64,000 nucleotides of DNA from Bacteroidales bacterium (GTDB lineage Bacteria > Bacteroidota > Bacteroidia > Bacteroidales > UBA12077). Below are positions 9,001 through 18,897 of this stretch, one piece after another (positions within the stretch are counted from its first letter, which is position 1; the number at the start of each line of letters is the position of its first letter). The notes below the pieces were generated by a model, which worked only from the letters and a program-made list of their open reading frames with translations, had not been told where the DNA came from and ran no database searches. The stretch lies in NCBI GenBank assembly GCA_028282585.1, contig JANQHR010000047.1, forward strand, positions 64,001 through 128,000, in the 5' to 3' direction. The position numbers were made by a program, and so were the translations under genes.

Positions 9001-11988
9001 TTAGTAAATTACTGTATAGATATCATTAAATAAATCTTTATTTTCTTTGATCTTATTTTCGTTTCCATAAACGCAAATTGCATTTTGGTCTAAAATATCT
9101 CTAATCATCCCTTCAAAATTTTTGATATCTTCTAGTTTAGTTCCTAATACCGCAGTTCTTTCAGCTTGAAGTTCCTCTAAAGTAGTATTTCTGAAATACC
9201 TTCCATAGGCTATTCTACCTCTTTGAGAGGCAGTGTTTGGACGATCCATTCTTGCTATTGTTCCAATAATGAATCTTGTCATTTCGTTTTCATCAGCATC
9301 AAATTCACTTAAGAATTCAGGAGTTGCATCATAATTTTCAAGGGTTTTAGAAAGATTTGGATCACGGTATGATGCAAAAAATGCTTCACCGGAATTATAG
9401 AATCCTGCAAAACCTCCATAAGCTCCACCCATTACACGAACTCTGTTTTGTAACCAGTCTCTCGAGATAATTTGATTTAAAACACGCATTTTACCATCCC
9501 ATTCATAACCAAGCTTCTTAAAGTTGTATCCTTTAAGAACATACTGAACTTTTGAAGCAGACATTAACCCTTCATTTTTTGGAGTCAATTCGAATGTCCA
9601 TTCACTAATTTCTCCATCTCCTTCTGGTATAGCCGAAGTTAATACGTTCAATGCTTCTATATACGATTGATATTGATCTTTAGAACATGTTACGGCAGCA
9701 ATCATATTTTTCTGGGTAAAAAGAATGTTAGCTGTTTTTGCTAGTTTTTCAGAAATTTCTTTTTGTTTTTCATTAAAATTCGTAGTTAGATCAGTGATAA
9801 ATCTATAATACTCCAAACCATTAGTAAGTTCATTGAACATACCTTCATTTGAATGGTAAGAATTTAACCTGGTCATGGCATAACGTAAACCAGAATTTTT
9901 AACGTTTGATTCTGTTCTTGATTGATGACGAATTAAAACATCCTTTAATCTTTCAGCATCATCAAATTTTGATTTATTGATGATTTCTTCAGTAAGTTCA
10001 AACATTTTTGCCCCTTTTTCTGTAAAGGCTTTAGATCTAACTACTAAGTATGGTTTAAGTTTATCAACAGATTCATCTTCTAAATAAGTATTTAGGTAAG
10101 TATAAAAACCTCCTGTATGAATATTTAGCTCATTATCTAATTCTCCAAATGTATAGTTGTCAGTATTTAATAAACCCAGAACTTCAGATAAAAGAGTGCC
10201 GTATGGAATTAACTCTTGTGGAAGTGCGCGGAGATCAAAAAATAAGTTTGTATACACTATATTACTCGTAAAGTCTTCGAGATATAAAACCGGGATACTT
10301 CCTGCTTTTTTCTCTTCTAAAGAATACCATTCAACTTCAGGGTTAATGTCAGAAAGTGATAGCATCGGAATCGTAGCAAGAGCTTCAGGAGAATCTTCTC
10401 TTTGTTGGTATTCTCTTAATTCTTTTGTTTCCTGCACTAATTTTTCTAATTCTTCTTTACTTAAGCTCGCTTTGTAATCGGCAAGTTCTTTTCTGGTTTT
10501 TTCTGCAATTTGTTTTTCTAAACCAGGTTCTGGTTTTAATACCATTAATAAAGCATGAGGGTTATTAATGAAATGTTCCTTTATAATATCTTCCAATAAA
10601 CCATTTTTAATACCTTCTTTTACTTTAGCAAGTGGCTTTTCAAATTCTAACCCTACAAAAGGATCTTCGTCAAAGAACCATCCATTGTAACTTCTCATCG
10701 CATACCATAATCCTTTTTGAGGAGTATCGCCTTCGCGCATATTAAACTCCCAACGATTAATTATTCCGCTAATCATTTTATCTTCAAAGCCTTCTTTACT
10801 AACTTTCTCTAAAGTTTCATAAATGATTTCATCAAACCTGTCTTTATCTTCAGGATTTGCATTTTGAACTCTGATTTGGAAAATATTTTGCTTTGAATTA
10901 TCCACAAAAGCTCGGATTTCTTTACCTATTTCGGCTTCCTGTAACGCAAGCCTAATTGGAGCTGATTCATGGTTTACCAAAGCTTCGCTAAGTATGTTAA
11001 GAGCCATTACTAATTCTTCATCAGTATTTAACCCGGTAACAAAAAATTTACCTAAATAAGTATTATCTGCGGTTGGGCTTCCTTCTGGAACGGCATAAGG
11101 TTTTATAGCTTCTTTTTTTGCTTCAAAAGGTTTTTGTAATGGAATTTCTATCTTTTTATCAGATTTATCATAGTTAGAGAAATACTCCCTATCGATAAAT
11201 TCTAACTCTTTATTTAAGTCAGCATCACCATATAATAAAGTGTAGCTATTAGATGGGTGATAGAATTTTTTATGAAATTCTTTAAAATATTCATAAGTGA
11301 GCCCAGGGATTTCAGTAGGATAACCACCTGAAGAAACTCCATAAGTATTATCAGGGAATAAAATTCTTTCAGCCTGGAAACCTAATTCTCTTGCTGGATT
11401 TGAAAAAGCACCTTTCATTTCATTATAAACAACACCTTTGTAAACAATTTCTCCATCAATGTCATCCAATTCATAATGCCAGCCTTCTTGCTTGAGAACA
11501 CGAGGATCTTCATGCAAGATAGGATTGAAAACTGCATCTAAATAAACGTGCATTAAATTAAAATAATCTTTGTCATTCATACTTGCAACGGGATAAAGTG
11601 TAATATCCGATCCAGTCATTGCATTAAGGAAAGTATTCAAAGATCCTTTAGCCAAAACATCAAACGGACTTTTAACAGGAAAGTTTTTTGATCCGTTTAA
11701 TACAGAATGTTCCATGATATGTGGTGTTCCATAATCATGTTCTGGGACTGTTTTAAAAGCAATATTGAAAAGTTTGTTATTATCATCAGCAGCGATTTTT
11801 AATAATCTTGCACCACTTTTTTCATGGATGAAATATAAACATTCAGAGTTAACTTCTTCAACAAATTTCTTTTCTACCAATTTAAAACCATGGTAGACAT
11901 TTCCAACTTTAAAGTTAGATCCGGAATTACAAGCCCATAGCACGCTAATAAGACTTACCAGGACCAAATAAAAAAATCGATTTCTCAT
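9001..11988 (-). CDS. M16C (PreP/Cym1-like) zinc metallopeptidase with lipoprotein signal
   Basis: HIMEH, LNAMT, GVVYNEMKG, GGAYG and SYRDP motifs; N-terminal LWA-C lipobox. Confidence 0.9.
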   Translation of the reverse strand: MRNRFFYLVLVSLISVLWACNSGSNFKVGNVYHGFKLVEKKFVEEVNSECLYFIHEKSGARLLKIAADDNNKLFNIAFKTVPEHDYGTPHIMEHSVLNGSKNFPVKSPFDVLAKGSLNTFLNAMTGSDITLYPVASMNDKDYFNLMHVYLDAVFNPILHEDPRVLKQEGWHYELDDIDGEIVYKGVVYNEMKGAFSNPARELGFQAERILFPDNTYGVSSGGYPTEIPGLTYEYFKEFHKKFYHPSNSYTLLYGDADLNKELEFIDREYFSNYDKSDKKIEIPLQKPFEAKKEAIKPYAVPEGSPTADNTYLGKFFVTGLNTDEELVMALNILSEALVNHESAPIRLALQEAEIGKEIRAFVDNSKQNIFQIRVQNANPEDKDRFDEIIYETLEKVSKEGFEDKMISGIINRWEFNMREGDTPQKGLWYAMRSYNGWFFDEDPFVGLEFEKPLAKVKEGIKNGLLEDIIKEHFINNPHALLMVLKPEPGLEKQIAEKTRKELADYKASLSKEELEKLVQETKELREYQQREDSPEALATIPMLSLSDINPEVEWYSLEEKKAGSIPVLYLEDFTSNIVYTNLFFDLRALPQELIPYGTLLSEVLGLLNTDNYTFGELDNELNIHTGGFYTYLNTYLEDESVDKLKPYLVVRSKAFTEKGAKMFELTEEIINKSKFDDAERLKDVLIRHQSRTESNVKNSGLRYAMTRLNSYHSNEGMFNELTNGLEYYRFITDLTTNFNEKQKEISEKLAKTANILFTQKNMIAAVTCSKDQYQSYIEALNVLTSAIPEGDGEISEWTFELTPKNEGLMSASKVQYVLKGYNFKKLGYEWDGKMRVLNQIISRDWLQNRVRVMGGAYGGFAGFYNSGEAFFASYRDPNLSKTLENYDATPEFLSEFDADENEMTRFIIGTIARMDRPNTASQRGRIAYGRYFRNTTLEELQAERTAVLGTKLEDIKNFEGMIRDILDQNAICVYGNENKIKENKDLFNDIYTVIY

Positions 11989-12158
11989 TTTTTTAAAATT
12001 TTTAAATTATCGGTTAATAATTAACTGTTTTAGGGTTTGAAATGTTAAAAGTACAATATTTTTTATTGATAAATAATAAAACAATCATTTTAACATTTTA
12101 TTTTTACTTTTTGTTTACATTGGAAATCCAATAAATAGACCTCACTAAATAAAAAAAG

Positions 12159-12839
12159 TTGCACCTTAAAATAATACATAGAGATGAATGTTTGATTGCA
12201 ATTAATAAACCACATGGTTTATTAGTTCATAAATCTTCTTATGCCAAAAATGTAAATGAGTTTGCCGTTCAGTTGTTAAGGGATCAAGTTGGGAGAAAAG
12301 TTTATCCATGTCATAGAATTGACAGAAAAACAGGAGGAGTCTTGCTTTTTGCTTTGAATAATGAAACAAACAGTCAGGTGCAAACACTTTTTGCCCAAAA
12401 TAAAATTAAGAAGAAATATTTGGCAATTGTAAGGGGATACACCCTCAAAAGCGGAGTAATTAACTATCCTCTTACTAACGAAAAAGGAAAAATACAAGAC
12501 GCAGTTACGGTTTATGAGACATTAAAACAATCAGAATTAAATATTCCAGCAGGTAAATTTGAAACTTCGCGTTATTCATTAGTTGAATTGTTACCACAAA
12601 CTGGTAGAATGCATCAAATTCGAAAACATTTTGCTCATATCATGCATCCAATTATAGGAGATCGCCCACATGGTTGTAATAAACAGAATAAAATTTTTAA
12701 AGAGAAATTTAAAATGACATCTATGATGCTTCATGCCGTGGAATTAAAATTTGCCCATCCAAAAACGGATCAGGAAATTACAATAAGTGCAAATTTGCAA
12801 GATGAATTTAAAAGAACAAAAAAAATATTAAATCTATGA
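12159..12839 (+). CDS. truC: Pseudouridine synthase, TruC/RluA family
   Basis: INKPHGLLVH, HRIDRKTGG and TGRMHQIRKH..HI.HPIIGD motifs. Confidence 0.8.
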   Translation: MHLKIIHRDECLIAINKPHGLLVHKSSYAKNVNEFAVQLLRDQVGRKVYPCHRIDRKTGGVLLFALNNETNSQVQTLFAQNKIKKKYLAIVRGYTLKSGVINYPLTNEKGKIQDAVTVYETLKQSELNIPAGKFETSRYSLVELLPQTGRMHQIRKHFAHIMHPIIGDRPHGCNKQNKIFKEKFKMTSMMLHAVELKFAHPKTDQEITISANLQDEFKRTKKILNL

Positions 12840-12841
12840 GA

Positions 12842-12872
12842 AAACTCCTGTTTCAATTTCAAAAACAGGAGT
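12842..12872. terminator. Terminator between truC and the vWA gene
   Basis: ACTCCTGTTT...AAACAGGAGT hairpin; the T run is on the - strand. Confidence 0.7.
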
Positions 12873-12919
12873 AAAGTACTAACCTAAAGCGAAGTTGCGA
12901 AAGAAAACTAAAATTAACT

Positions 12920-14755
12920 TTATAAGTGTTGCGATAATTTTATTAGTTGAATAAACTCACTTCTATATCCTTCTTTATCATTACCTTTAGAGCTTTGAGC
13001 CAAATCAATAACGGACTTATATGTTATATCTCCCTTATGTTCGGAATTACGAAGTAACATTCCAAAACTAGCAACCGCCGCAGAAAACTTAAAGTTGTCA
13101 GACATTTCATGGATGTATTGATCTTTGAAAGGAATAACTTCTTCAAGCAAAATGCTTTTATGCCCGTCTGGTTTTTTATACCTGAATTTAACGGTTGCAA
13201 CTTCATCGCCTTCTTTAGCCAGATTATTTAAATTAGATGTTTGATACTTTAAGGTGTTCTTTTTCAAAGATTCTTTATTGGCAACCTTTATTTCATATAA
13301 AGCGGTTACAGTGTGTCCGGAACCTAATTCACCCGCATCTTTTTTATCATCTTCGAAATCTTCATCATTTAGCAAACGGTTTTCATAACCTATTAGCCTG
13401 TAAGATTCAACAATAGCGGGATTAAATTCAATTTGTATTTTAACATCCTTAGCAATGGTAAATAAAGTTCCTCCAAATTCATTTACAAGAACTTTCTTAG
13501 CTTCCATAATATTATCTATGTAAGCATAGTTGCCATTTCCTTTATCTGCAATAATTTCCATTTTGTTATCCTGGTAGTTGCCCATTCCAAAGCCAAGAAC
13601 AGAGATGAATATTCCTTTTTCAAGTTCTTTTTCAATTAATCTCTCCATTTCTGCATTGCTTGATTGTCCAACATTAAAATCGCCATCGGTTGCAAGAATA
13701 ATTCTATTGTTTCCATCTTTAATGAAATTTTCCGTAGCAACCTGATATGCAAGTTTTAAACCTGCAGCTCCAGCAGTTGAACCACCGGCATTTAACCTTT
13801 CCAATGATTCAATAATTTTTTGTTTATTGCTACCTTTAGTTGAAGGTAATACTAAACCTGAACTTCCGGCATATACAACAATTGCAACACGATCCTCTTC
13901 TCTTAACTGATGAACTAATAACTTAAATGCTTTTTTTAGTAAAGGCAATTTGTTTTGTGAACTCATTGAACCCGAAACATCAAGTAAGAATACTATATTA
14001 GAAGGAGGTAAATTATTCATAGCAATTTTTTCACCTTGTAATCCTATATGTAAAAGCATGTTTTCTTCATTCCACGGGCAATGTGCCAGCTCTTGATAAA
14101 TAGCAAACGGATGATTATTGTCTGGTTGTGGGTAATCATAATTGAAATAGTTAATCATTTCTTCAATTCGAACAGCATCAACCGGAGGCTTTTGTCCATT
14201 ATTTAAAAAACGGCGAACGTTTGCATAAGAAGCCGCATCAACATCGATTGAAAAAGTTGAAAGCGGTGATTTAATAGCTTCTTTAAATCCATTCTCATGA
14301 ATTGTAGAATAACCTTCTCTATTAAAAGGTTCTTGAGGATTAACATACATGATGGCACCAGCTGACATTTCGCAATTGGCATATGACCTTTTCTGTCTGG
14401 ATGCTCTTAGACCTTTTACTTTACTACTTAGTCCTGTTACGATGACTTCATCCATTGCGAGTATTTCAGGTTCCATGGAGATATTAATAATGGTCTGATT
14501 TTCAACTTTTATTTCGGTTGTTTTCATACCTACAAAGCTAAAAACTAAAATATCCTCATTGTAGGCTTCAATAGAGTATCTTCCATCTATATTAGTAGTT
14601 GTACCAATACTTGGGTTATTTTTTAGAATCACCGAAACTCCTGGTATTGCTAATCCATCATCCATACTTATTACAGTTCCTGTGATGGTTCGAGCACTTA
14701 AATTTATACTTATAAGTACTGCTAAAATCGAGATAATAAATACATTTTTTTTCAT
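12920..14755 (-). CDS. Exported YfbK-like vWA protein with N-terminal carboxypeptidase-regulatory-like (SusC N-terminal type) domain
   Basis: Signal peptide; TFSIDVDAASY, DVSGSM MIDAS, LATDGDFNVG and YRLIGYENR motifs. Confidence 0.9.
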   Translation of the reverse strand: MKKNVFIISILAVLISINLSARTITGTVISMDDGLAIPGVSVILKNNPSIGTTTNIDGRYSIEAYNEDILVFSFVGMKTTEIKVENQTIINISMEPEILAMDEVIVTGLSSKVKGLRASRQKRSYANCEMSAGAIMYVNPQEPFNREGYSTIHENGFKEAIKSPLSTFSIDVDAASYANVRRFLNNGQKPPVDAVRIEEMINYFNYDYPQPDNNHPFAIYQELAHCPWNEENMLLHIGLQGEKIAMNNLPPSNIVFLLDVSGSMSSQNKLPLLKKAFKLLVHQLREEDRVAIVVYAGSSGLVLPSTKGSNKQKIIESLERLNAGGSTAGAAGLKLAYQVATENFIKDGNNRIILATDGDFNVGQSSNAEMERLIEKELEKGIFISVLGFGMGNYQDNKMEIIADKGNGNYAYIDNIMEAKKVLVNEFGGTLFTIAKDVKIQIEFNPAIVESYRLIGYENRLLNDEDFEDDKKDAGELGSGHTVTALYEIKVANKESLKKNTLKYQTSNLNNLAKEGDEVATVKFRYKKPDGHKSILLEEVIPFKDQYIHEMSDNFKFSAAVASFGMLLRNSEHKGDITYKSVIDLAQSSKGNDKEGYRSEFIQLIKLSQHL

Positions 14756-14793
14756 AACTTTAAAATTTAGAAATTATTAATTCGTTTTCTTAA

Positions 14794-14820
14794 AGGGTGC
14801 AGATAAAGAAAAAATTCCAT
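14794..14820 (-). promoter_or_regulatory. Putative ECF-dependent promoter of the vWA gene
   Basis: ATGGA-N15-GCACCCT on -, about 40 nt upstream of the start; a same-spaced copy lies at 15213-15239. Confidence 0.55.
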
Positions 14821-14879
14821 AAAAACGGTTATTTTTTTTTGCGATTAATTATTAAAAGCCTGTGGTTTAGAATTTTATA

Positions 14880-15470
14880 ATGCAAAGAGCAAATAGAAAT
14901 ATCAATTCAACATCCGATTCTGAGCTGCTAAATCAATATTTGAAATCTGGAAATCTGGAAATCTTAGGTGAGTTATATAATAATTATATACACCTTGTTT
15001 ATGGGGTATGTTTAAAATATTTAAATGATCGTGAAGAAAGTAAAGATGCTGTAAACAAGATATTTGAAAATCTAATTATAGAAATTCCTAAATTTGAGAT
15101 ACAAAATTTCCGAAGCTGGTTATATGTGGTTACAAAGAACTATTGCTTAATGCAAATTCGAAAAAAGAAGATAGAAAAAAAACGATTTGAAAAATATTCT
15201 GAAGATTTTTTTATGGATTCGACAGATATTTCGCATCCTATTGATGAAGCTTCGGATGATGATTTACATGAAAATCTGAAAAACTGCCTCGAAAGGCTAA
15301 AACAGGAACAAAAGCAATGTATTGTATTGTTTTATTTTAATAAAAAGTGCTATAAAGAAATTTCAAATGAGTTGAATCTTGAGCAAAAAAAAGTAAAAAG
15401 TTTTATACAAAATGGGAAACGGAATTTAAAGATATGTTTGGAAGAATATAAAGAAAAACAAAATGTCTAA
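14880..15470 (+). CDS. ECF sigma-70 factor
   Basis: Region 2 (FRSWLYVVTKNYC) and region 4 (YKEIS...VKSFIQNGKRNLK). Confidence 0.92.
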   Translation: MQRANRNINSTSDSELLNQYLKSGNLEILGELYNNYIHLVYGVCLKYLNDREESKDAVNKIFENLIIEIPKFEIQNFRSWLYVVTKNYCLMQIRKKKIEKKRFEKYSEDFFMDSTDISHPIDEASDDDLHENLKNCLERLKQEQKQCIVLFYFNKKCYKEISNELNLEQKKVKSFIQNGKRNLKICLEEYKEKQNV

Positions 15471-16965
15471 ACGAAAATTGACATATAAGGATTTCTTGAA
15501 TTATTTCAGCAATAACTTGCAGAATAAGGATAAGCATGATTTCGAAAAGGAATTGATGCGTGATGTTTTTGAGGAGGAAGCTTACGATGGTTTATCCCGG
15601 TTAAACGAAGATGAGTTAAGAAATGATGTTGCAGAACTAAAAGCTGGTATTTTTCACAGAACAGAAAAGAATAGAAGAATAGTTCCGGTTTGGTTTAGAT
15701 ATGCGGCAAGTGTTATTATATTATTAGGTGTAGGTATTACGGTTGTTTATTTGAATAGCCAATACTGGCAGGATTCCATATTAAAAGAACAGGTCTCTCA
15801 TGAAATTGAAATCGCTGATAGTGTGATTATTGAAGCGGAACGGCAAATGCAAAAATTAGATAAAAAGTCTGATACAACTAAGAAAGAGCCTGAACAGTTA
15901 ATAGCAGAAAGTAAAGAATCTATCGAAAGAAGTGAAATTAAACCTGAGGAAACAAAGCCATTAATTGTTGAGGATGAGGTTATAGTAGCGGAGGATTTAA
16001 AAATATATGATGATACTGAGGCTGATTTGGATGAAACAATAGAAATTACAGAATTTGAAGAGGATGAGAATATTGAAGAAGTAATCATAATTGCAGAATC
16101 TCCAGCGCGAAAAGAAGGAGTTGCAAATGCAGTTGTGACAGTTGAGGCAAAGGATTTAACTGAAAGCTATGAAGATAAAAATGGAGAATTATCAGTTGAT
16201 TCCGAAGTAATAACTTCATTAGAAGGAAACGTAAATGGAGTGATAGTTGAAAAATCAAAAGATGAAAAATCTGTAAATTCTTTGTCAAAAAAAGGATCAA
16301 GAAAAACTAGATCATATAAGTTGAATGAATACGAATCAAAAAATAGCTTTAACTATAAAACTATTAATGGTGTGATTGTTGGGGCAGAAGATGATTTATC
16401 AATTCCCGGAGTATCTATAATTTTAAAAGATAACCCAAGTATTGGTACTATTTCTGACCTGGATGGAAAATTTCAATTAACAGTTCCTAAGGACGATGAA
16501 GAACTTATGACTTTGATAGCTTCATTTGTAGGAATGAAAACTCAAGAAATCTTCTTAAATGATGACTCCACACTTTTAGTTTATATGGAGCCTGAAGTGC
16601 TCGCAATGGATGAAGTAGTAGTAACGGGATATGGAGCAGGTGAAAAGAGAGATGAAATTTCTACAAGTATATCGGCTAAGCCTCCTGCGTCCTTAATTAA
16701 AAGTAAATATAAAAAGCAAATATTGGAGGAGTTAGATTATAGCAAATTCTCAGGGTTTCCCGGTAAACATAAAATCAAAGTTTCGTTTACAGTTGGAGAG
16801 GATGGTTCGTTATTTAATTTCAATTTTAGCAATACTCCGGATGCAATGTTTAGTAATGAAATAAAAAGAATAATTTTAGAATTAGGTAACTGGGTTCCTG
16901 CGACAGAAAATAATATTAATGTATCATCAAAAGTTAAGCTTGTACTTAAAGTTGAAATAGAATAA
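15463..16965 (+). CDS. Putative anti-sigma factor: N-terminal cytoplasmic domain, one TM, acidic linker, carboxypeptidase-regulatory-like domain, TonB_C-like C-terminus
   Basis: Overlaps the sigma stop; FEKE...D.F..EAYDG; WFRYAASV TM; VSFTV...G...W.PA TonB_C-like pattern. Confidence 0.75.
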   Translation: MSKRKLTYKDFLNYFSNNLQNKDKHDFEKELMRDVFEEEAYDGLSRLNEDELRNDVAELKAGIFHRTEKNRRIVPVWFRYAASVIILLGVGITVVYLNSQYWQDSILKEQVSHEIEIADSVIIEAERQMQKLDKKSDTTKKEPEQLIAESKESIERSEIKPEETKPLIVEDEVIVAEDLKIYDDTEADLDETIEITEFEEDENIEEVIIIAESPARKEGVANAVVTVEAKDLTESYEDKNGELSVDSEVITSLEGNVNGVIVEKSKDEKSVNSLSKKGSRKTRSYKLNEYESKNSFNYKTINGVIVGAEDDLSIPGVSIILKDNPSIGTISDLDGKFQLTVPKDDEELMTLIASFVGMKTQEIFLNDDSTLLVYMEPEVLAMDEVVVTGYGAGEKRDEISTSISAKPPASLIKSKYKKQILEELDYSKFSGFPGKHKIKVSFTVGEDGSLFNFNFSNTPDAMFSNEIKRIILELGNWVPATENNINVSSKVKLVLKVEIE

Positions 16966-16988
16966 AAAAGCTCCTTATGGAGCTTTAT

Positions 16989-18251
16989 CTATCTAAATAT
17001 AGTTTGATCTCTGTTTGGACCTACCGATACCAGTTTAACCGGAACTTTCACTTCTTCCTCAATATATAAAAGATAGTCTTTAAATTCCGGAGGTAAATTT
17101 CCAAAGGAATCAATTTTCGATATATCTTCTTTCCAGCCTTTAAATTCCTTTAATACGGGCTCTAACGGTTCATTTATTTCAAATGGCAGGTAATCAATTT
17201 CTTCCCCATTTAGTTTATAATGAGTACAAACTTTTATGGTATCAAAACCAGATAAAACATCCGCTTTGGTAACCATTAATTCTGTTACACCATTTAGCAT
17301 AACCGAGTATTTCAGGGCAGGTAAATCCAACCATCCGCAACGTCTTGGGCGTCCTGTTGTTGCACCAAATTCGTGACCTTGTTTACGAAGAGTTTCTCCT
17401 TCTTCATTTTCCAATTCAGTAGGAAAAGGTCCGCTTCCAACACGAGTACAATACGCCTTAAAAATTCCAATTACATTTCCTATTCTATTGGGAGCTACGC
17501 CTAATCCAGTACAAGCTCCGGCACAAATTGTATTTGACGAAGTTACAAAAGGATAAGAACCAAAATCAATATCCAATAAAGTACCTTGCGCACCTTCAGC
17601 TAATATTAGTTTTTTCTCGTTAAAATATTTATTGATTTCGTGTTCGCTCTCTATTAACTTAAACTTCTTGATTATTTCGATTCCTTTAAACCAGCTTTCT
17701 TCATATTCTTCCAGGTTATACTCAAAATCGTAAAGTTTAATAAGATCTTTATGTTTGTTAGTAAGGAAATTATATTTTTCTTCAAATCCGGGATTTATAA
17801 TATCTCCCACACGAAGACCGTTACGTCCGGTTTTATCCATATATGTTGGACCGATACCTTTTAACGTTGAGCCAATTTTAGTTTTCCCTTTTGCTTTTTC
17901 AGATGCAGCATCAAGTATTCGATGTGACGGAAGAATTAAATGAGCTTTTTTAGAAATATATAGGTTTTTTGTTAAATCAACATCCAGTTCCTCAAGATCT
18001 TCAATTTCCTGTTTAAAGATAACAGGGTCGATAACAACACCGTTTCCAATAATATTTACTGTCTCTTCACGAAAAACTCCCGACGGTATAGTATGAAGAA
18101 CATGTTTTATTTTACTGAATTCCAGAGTATGACCCGCATTTGGCCCACCTTGAAATCTTGCAATAACATTATATTTTGGAGCAAGCACATCCACAATTTT
18201 ACCTTTGCCTTCATCACCCCACTGAAGACCTAACAATACATCTAATTTCAT
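16989..18251 (-). CDS. purA: Adenylosuccinate synthetase
   Basis: QWGDEGKGK, GPNAGHT and EFGATTGRPRRCGW motifs. Confidence 0.98.
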   Translation of the reverse strand: MKLDVLLGLQWGDEGKGKIVDVLAPKYNVIARFQGGPNAGHTLEFSKIKHVLHTIPSGVFREETVNIIGNGVVIDPVIFKQEIEDLEELDVDLTKNLYISKKAHLILPSHRILDAASEKAKGKTKIGSTLKGIGPTYMDKTGRNGLRVGDIINPGFEEKYNFLTNKHKDLIKLYDFEYNLEEYEESWFKGIEIIKKFKLIESEHEINKYFNEKKLILAEGAQGTLLDIDFGSYPFVTSSNTICAGACTGLGVAPNRIGNVIGIFKAYCTRVGSGPFPTELENEEGETLRKQGHEFGATTGRPRRCGWLDLPALKYSVMLNGVTELMVTKADVLSGFDTIKVCTHYKLNGEEIDYLPFEINEPLEPVLKEFKGWKEDISKIDSFGNLPPEFKDYLLYIEEEVKVPVKLVSVGPNRDQTIFR

Positions 18252-18358
18252 CTATTTATCTGATTTATAAAAACGTTTGCAAATTACAACAAAACCTTAA
18301 AAATAAAAAAATCCCCATGTTCTTTATGGAGATTTGAAAATACTTTATGAACTTTTTA

Positions 18359-18835
18359 TTAACTTTCCTTTTTAGTTTTTTTTAATTCGCAATCTTTACA
18401 AGTACCATAAAAGTAAAGCGAATGATAACTAATATTAAAATTCATTAGCTCTGCAACCGTTTCTTGTATTTCATGTATTCTGGGGTCACAAAACTCCAAT
18501 ACTTTTCCACAATCCTGGCAAATCAGATGATCATGTTGTCTACAATTATGCGCTTTTTCGAATTGAGCAATGTTTTTACCAAACTGATGCTTAATTACCA
18601 AATTGCTTTCTAACAATAATTCAATTGTATTATATAAAGTTGCACGACTTACCCTATAATTCTTATTTTTCATTGAAATATATAGAGACTCTATATCAAA
18701 ATGATTATCACGAGAATAAATTTCTTCTAAAATAGCGTAGCGTTCAGGAGTTTTCCTGTGTCCACGTTTTTCCAGATATTCTGTGAAAATTTGCTTTACA
18801 ACATCTTTAGTATCGACACAAATCATAACATACAT
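18359..18835 (-). CDS. fur: Fur-family transcriptional regulator
   Basis: VSRATLYNT helix, HDHLICxxCG and C-terminal CxxC. Confidence 0.9.
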   Translation of the reverse strand: MYVMICVDTKDVVKQIFTEYLEKRGHRKTPERYAILEEIYSRDNHFDIESLYISMKNKNYRVSRATLYNTIELLLESNLVIKHQFGKNIAQFEKAHNCRQHDHLICQDCGKVLEFCDPRIHEIQETVAELMNFNISYHSLYFYGTCKDCELKKTKKES

Positions 18836-18897
18836 TTTGTTATCAATGGCTAAAATTATGAATTTTTTTTCTTATTTAGAATTAATTTAAAGAAAAA

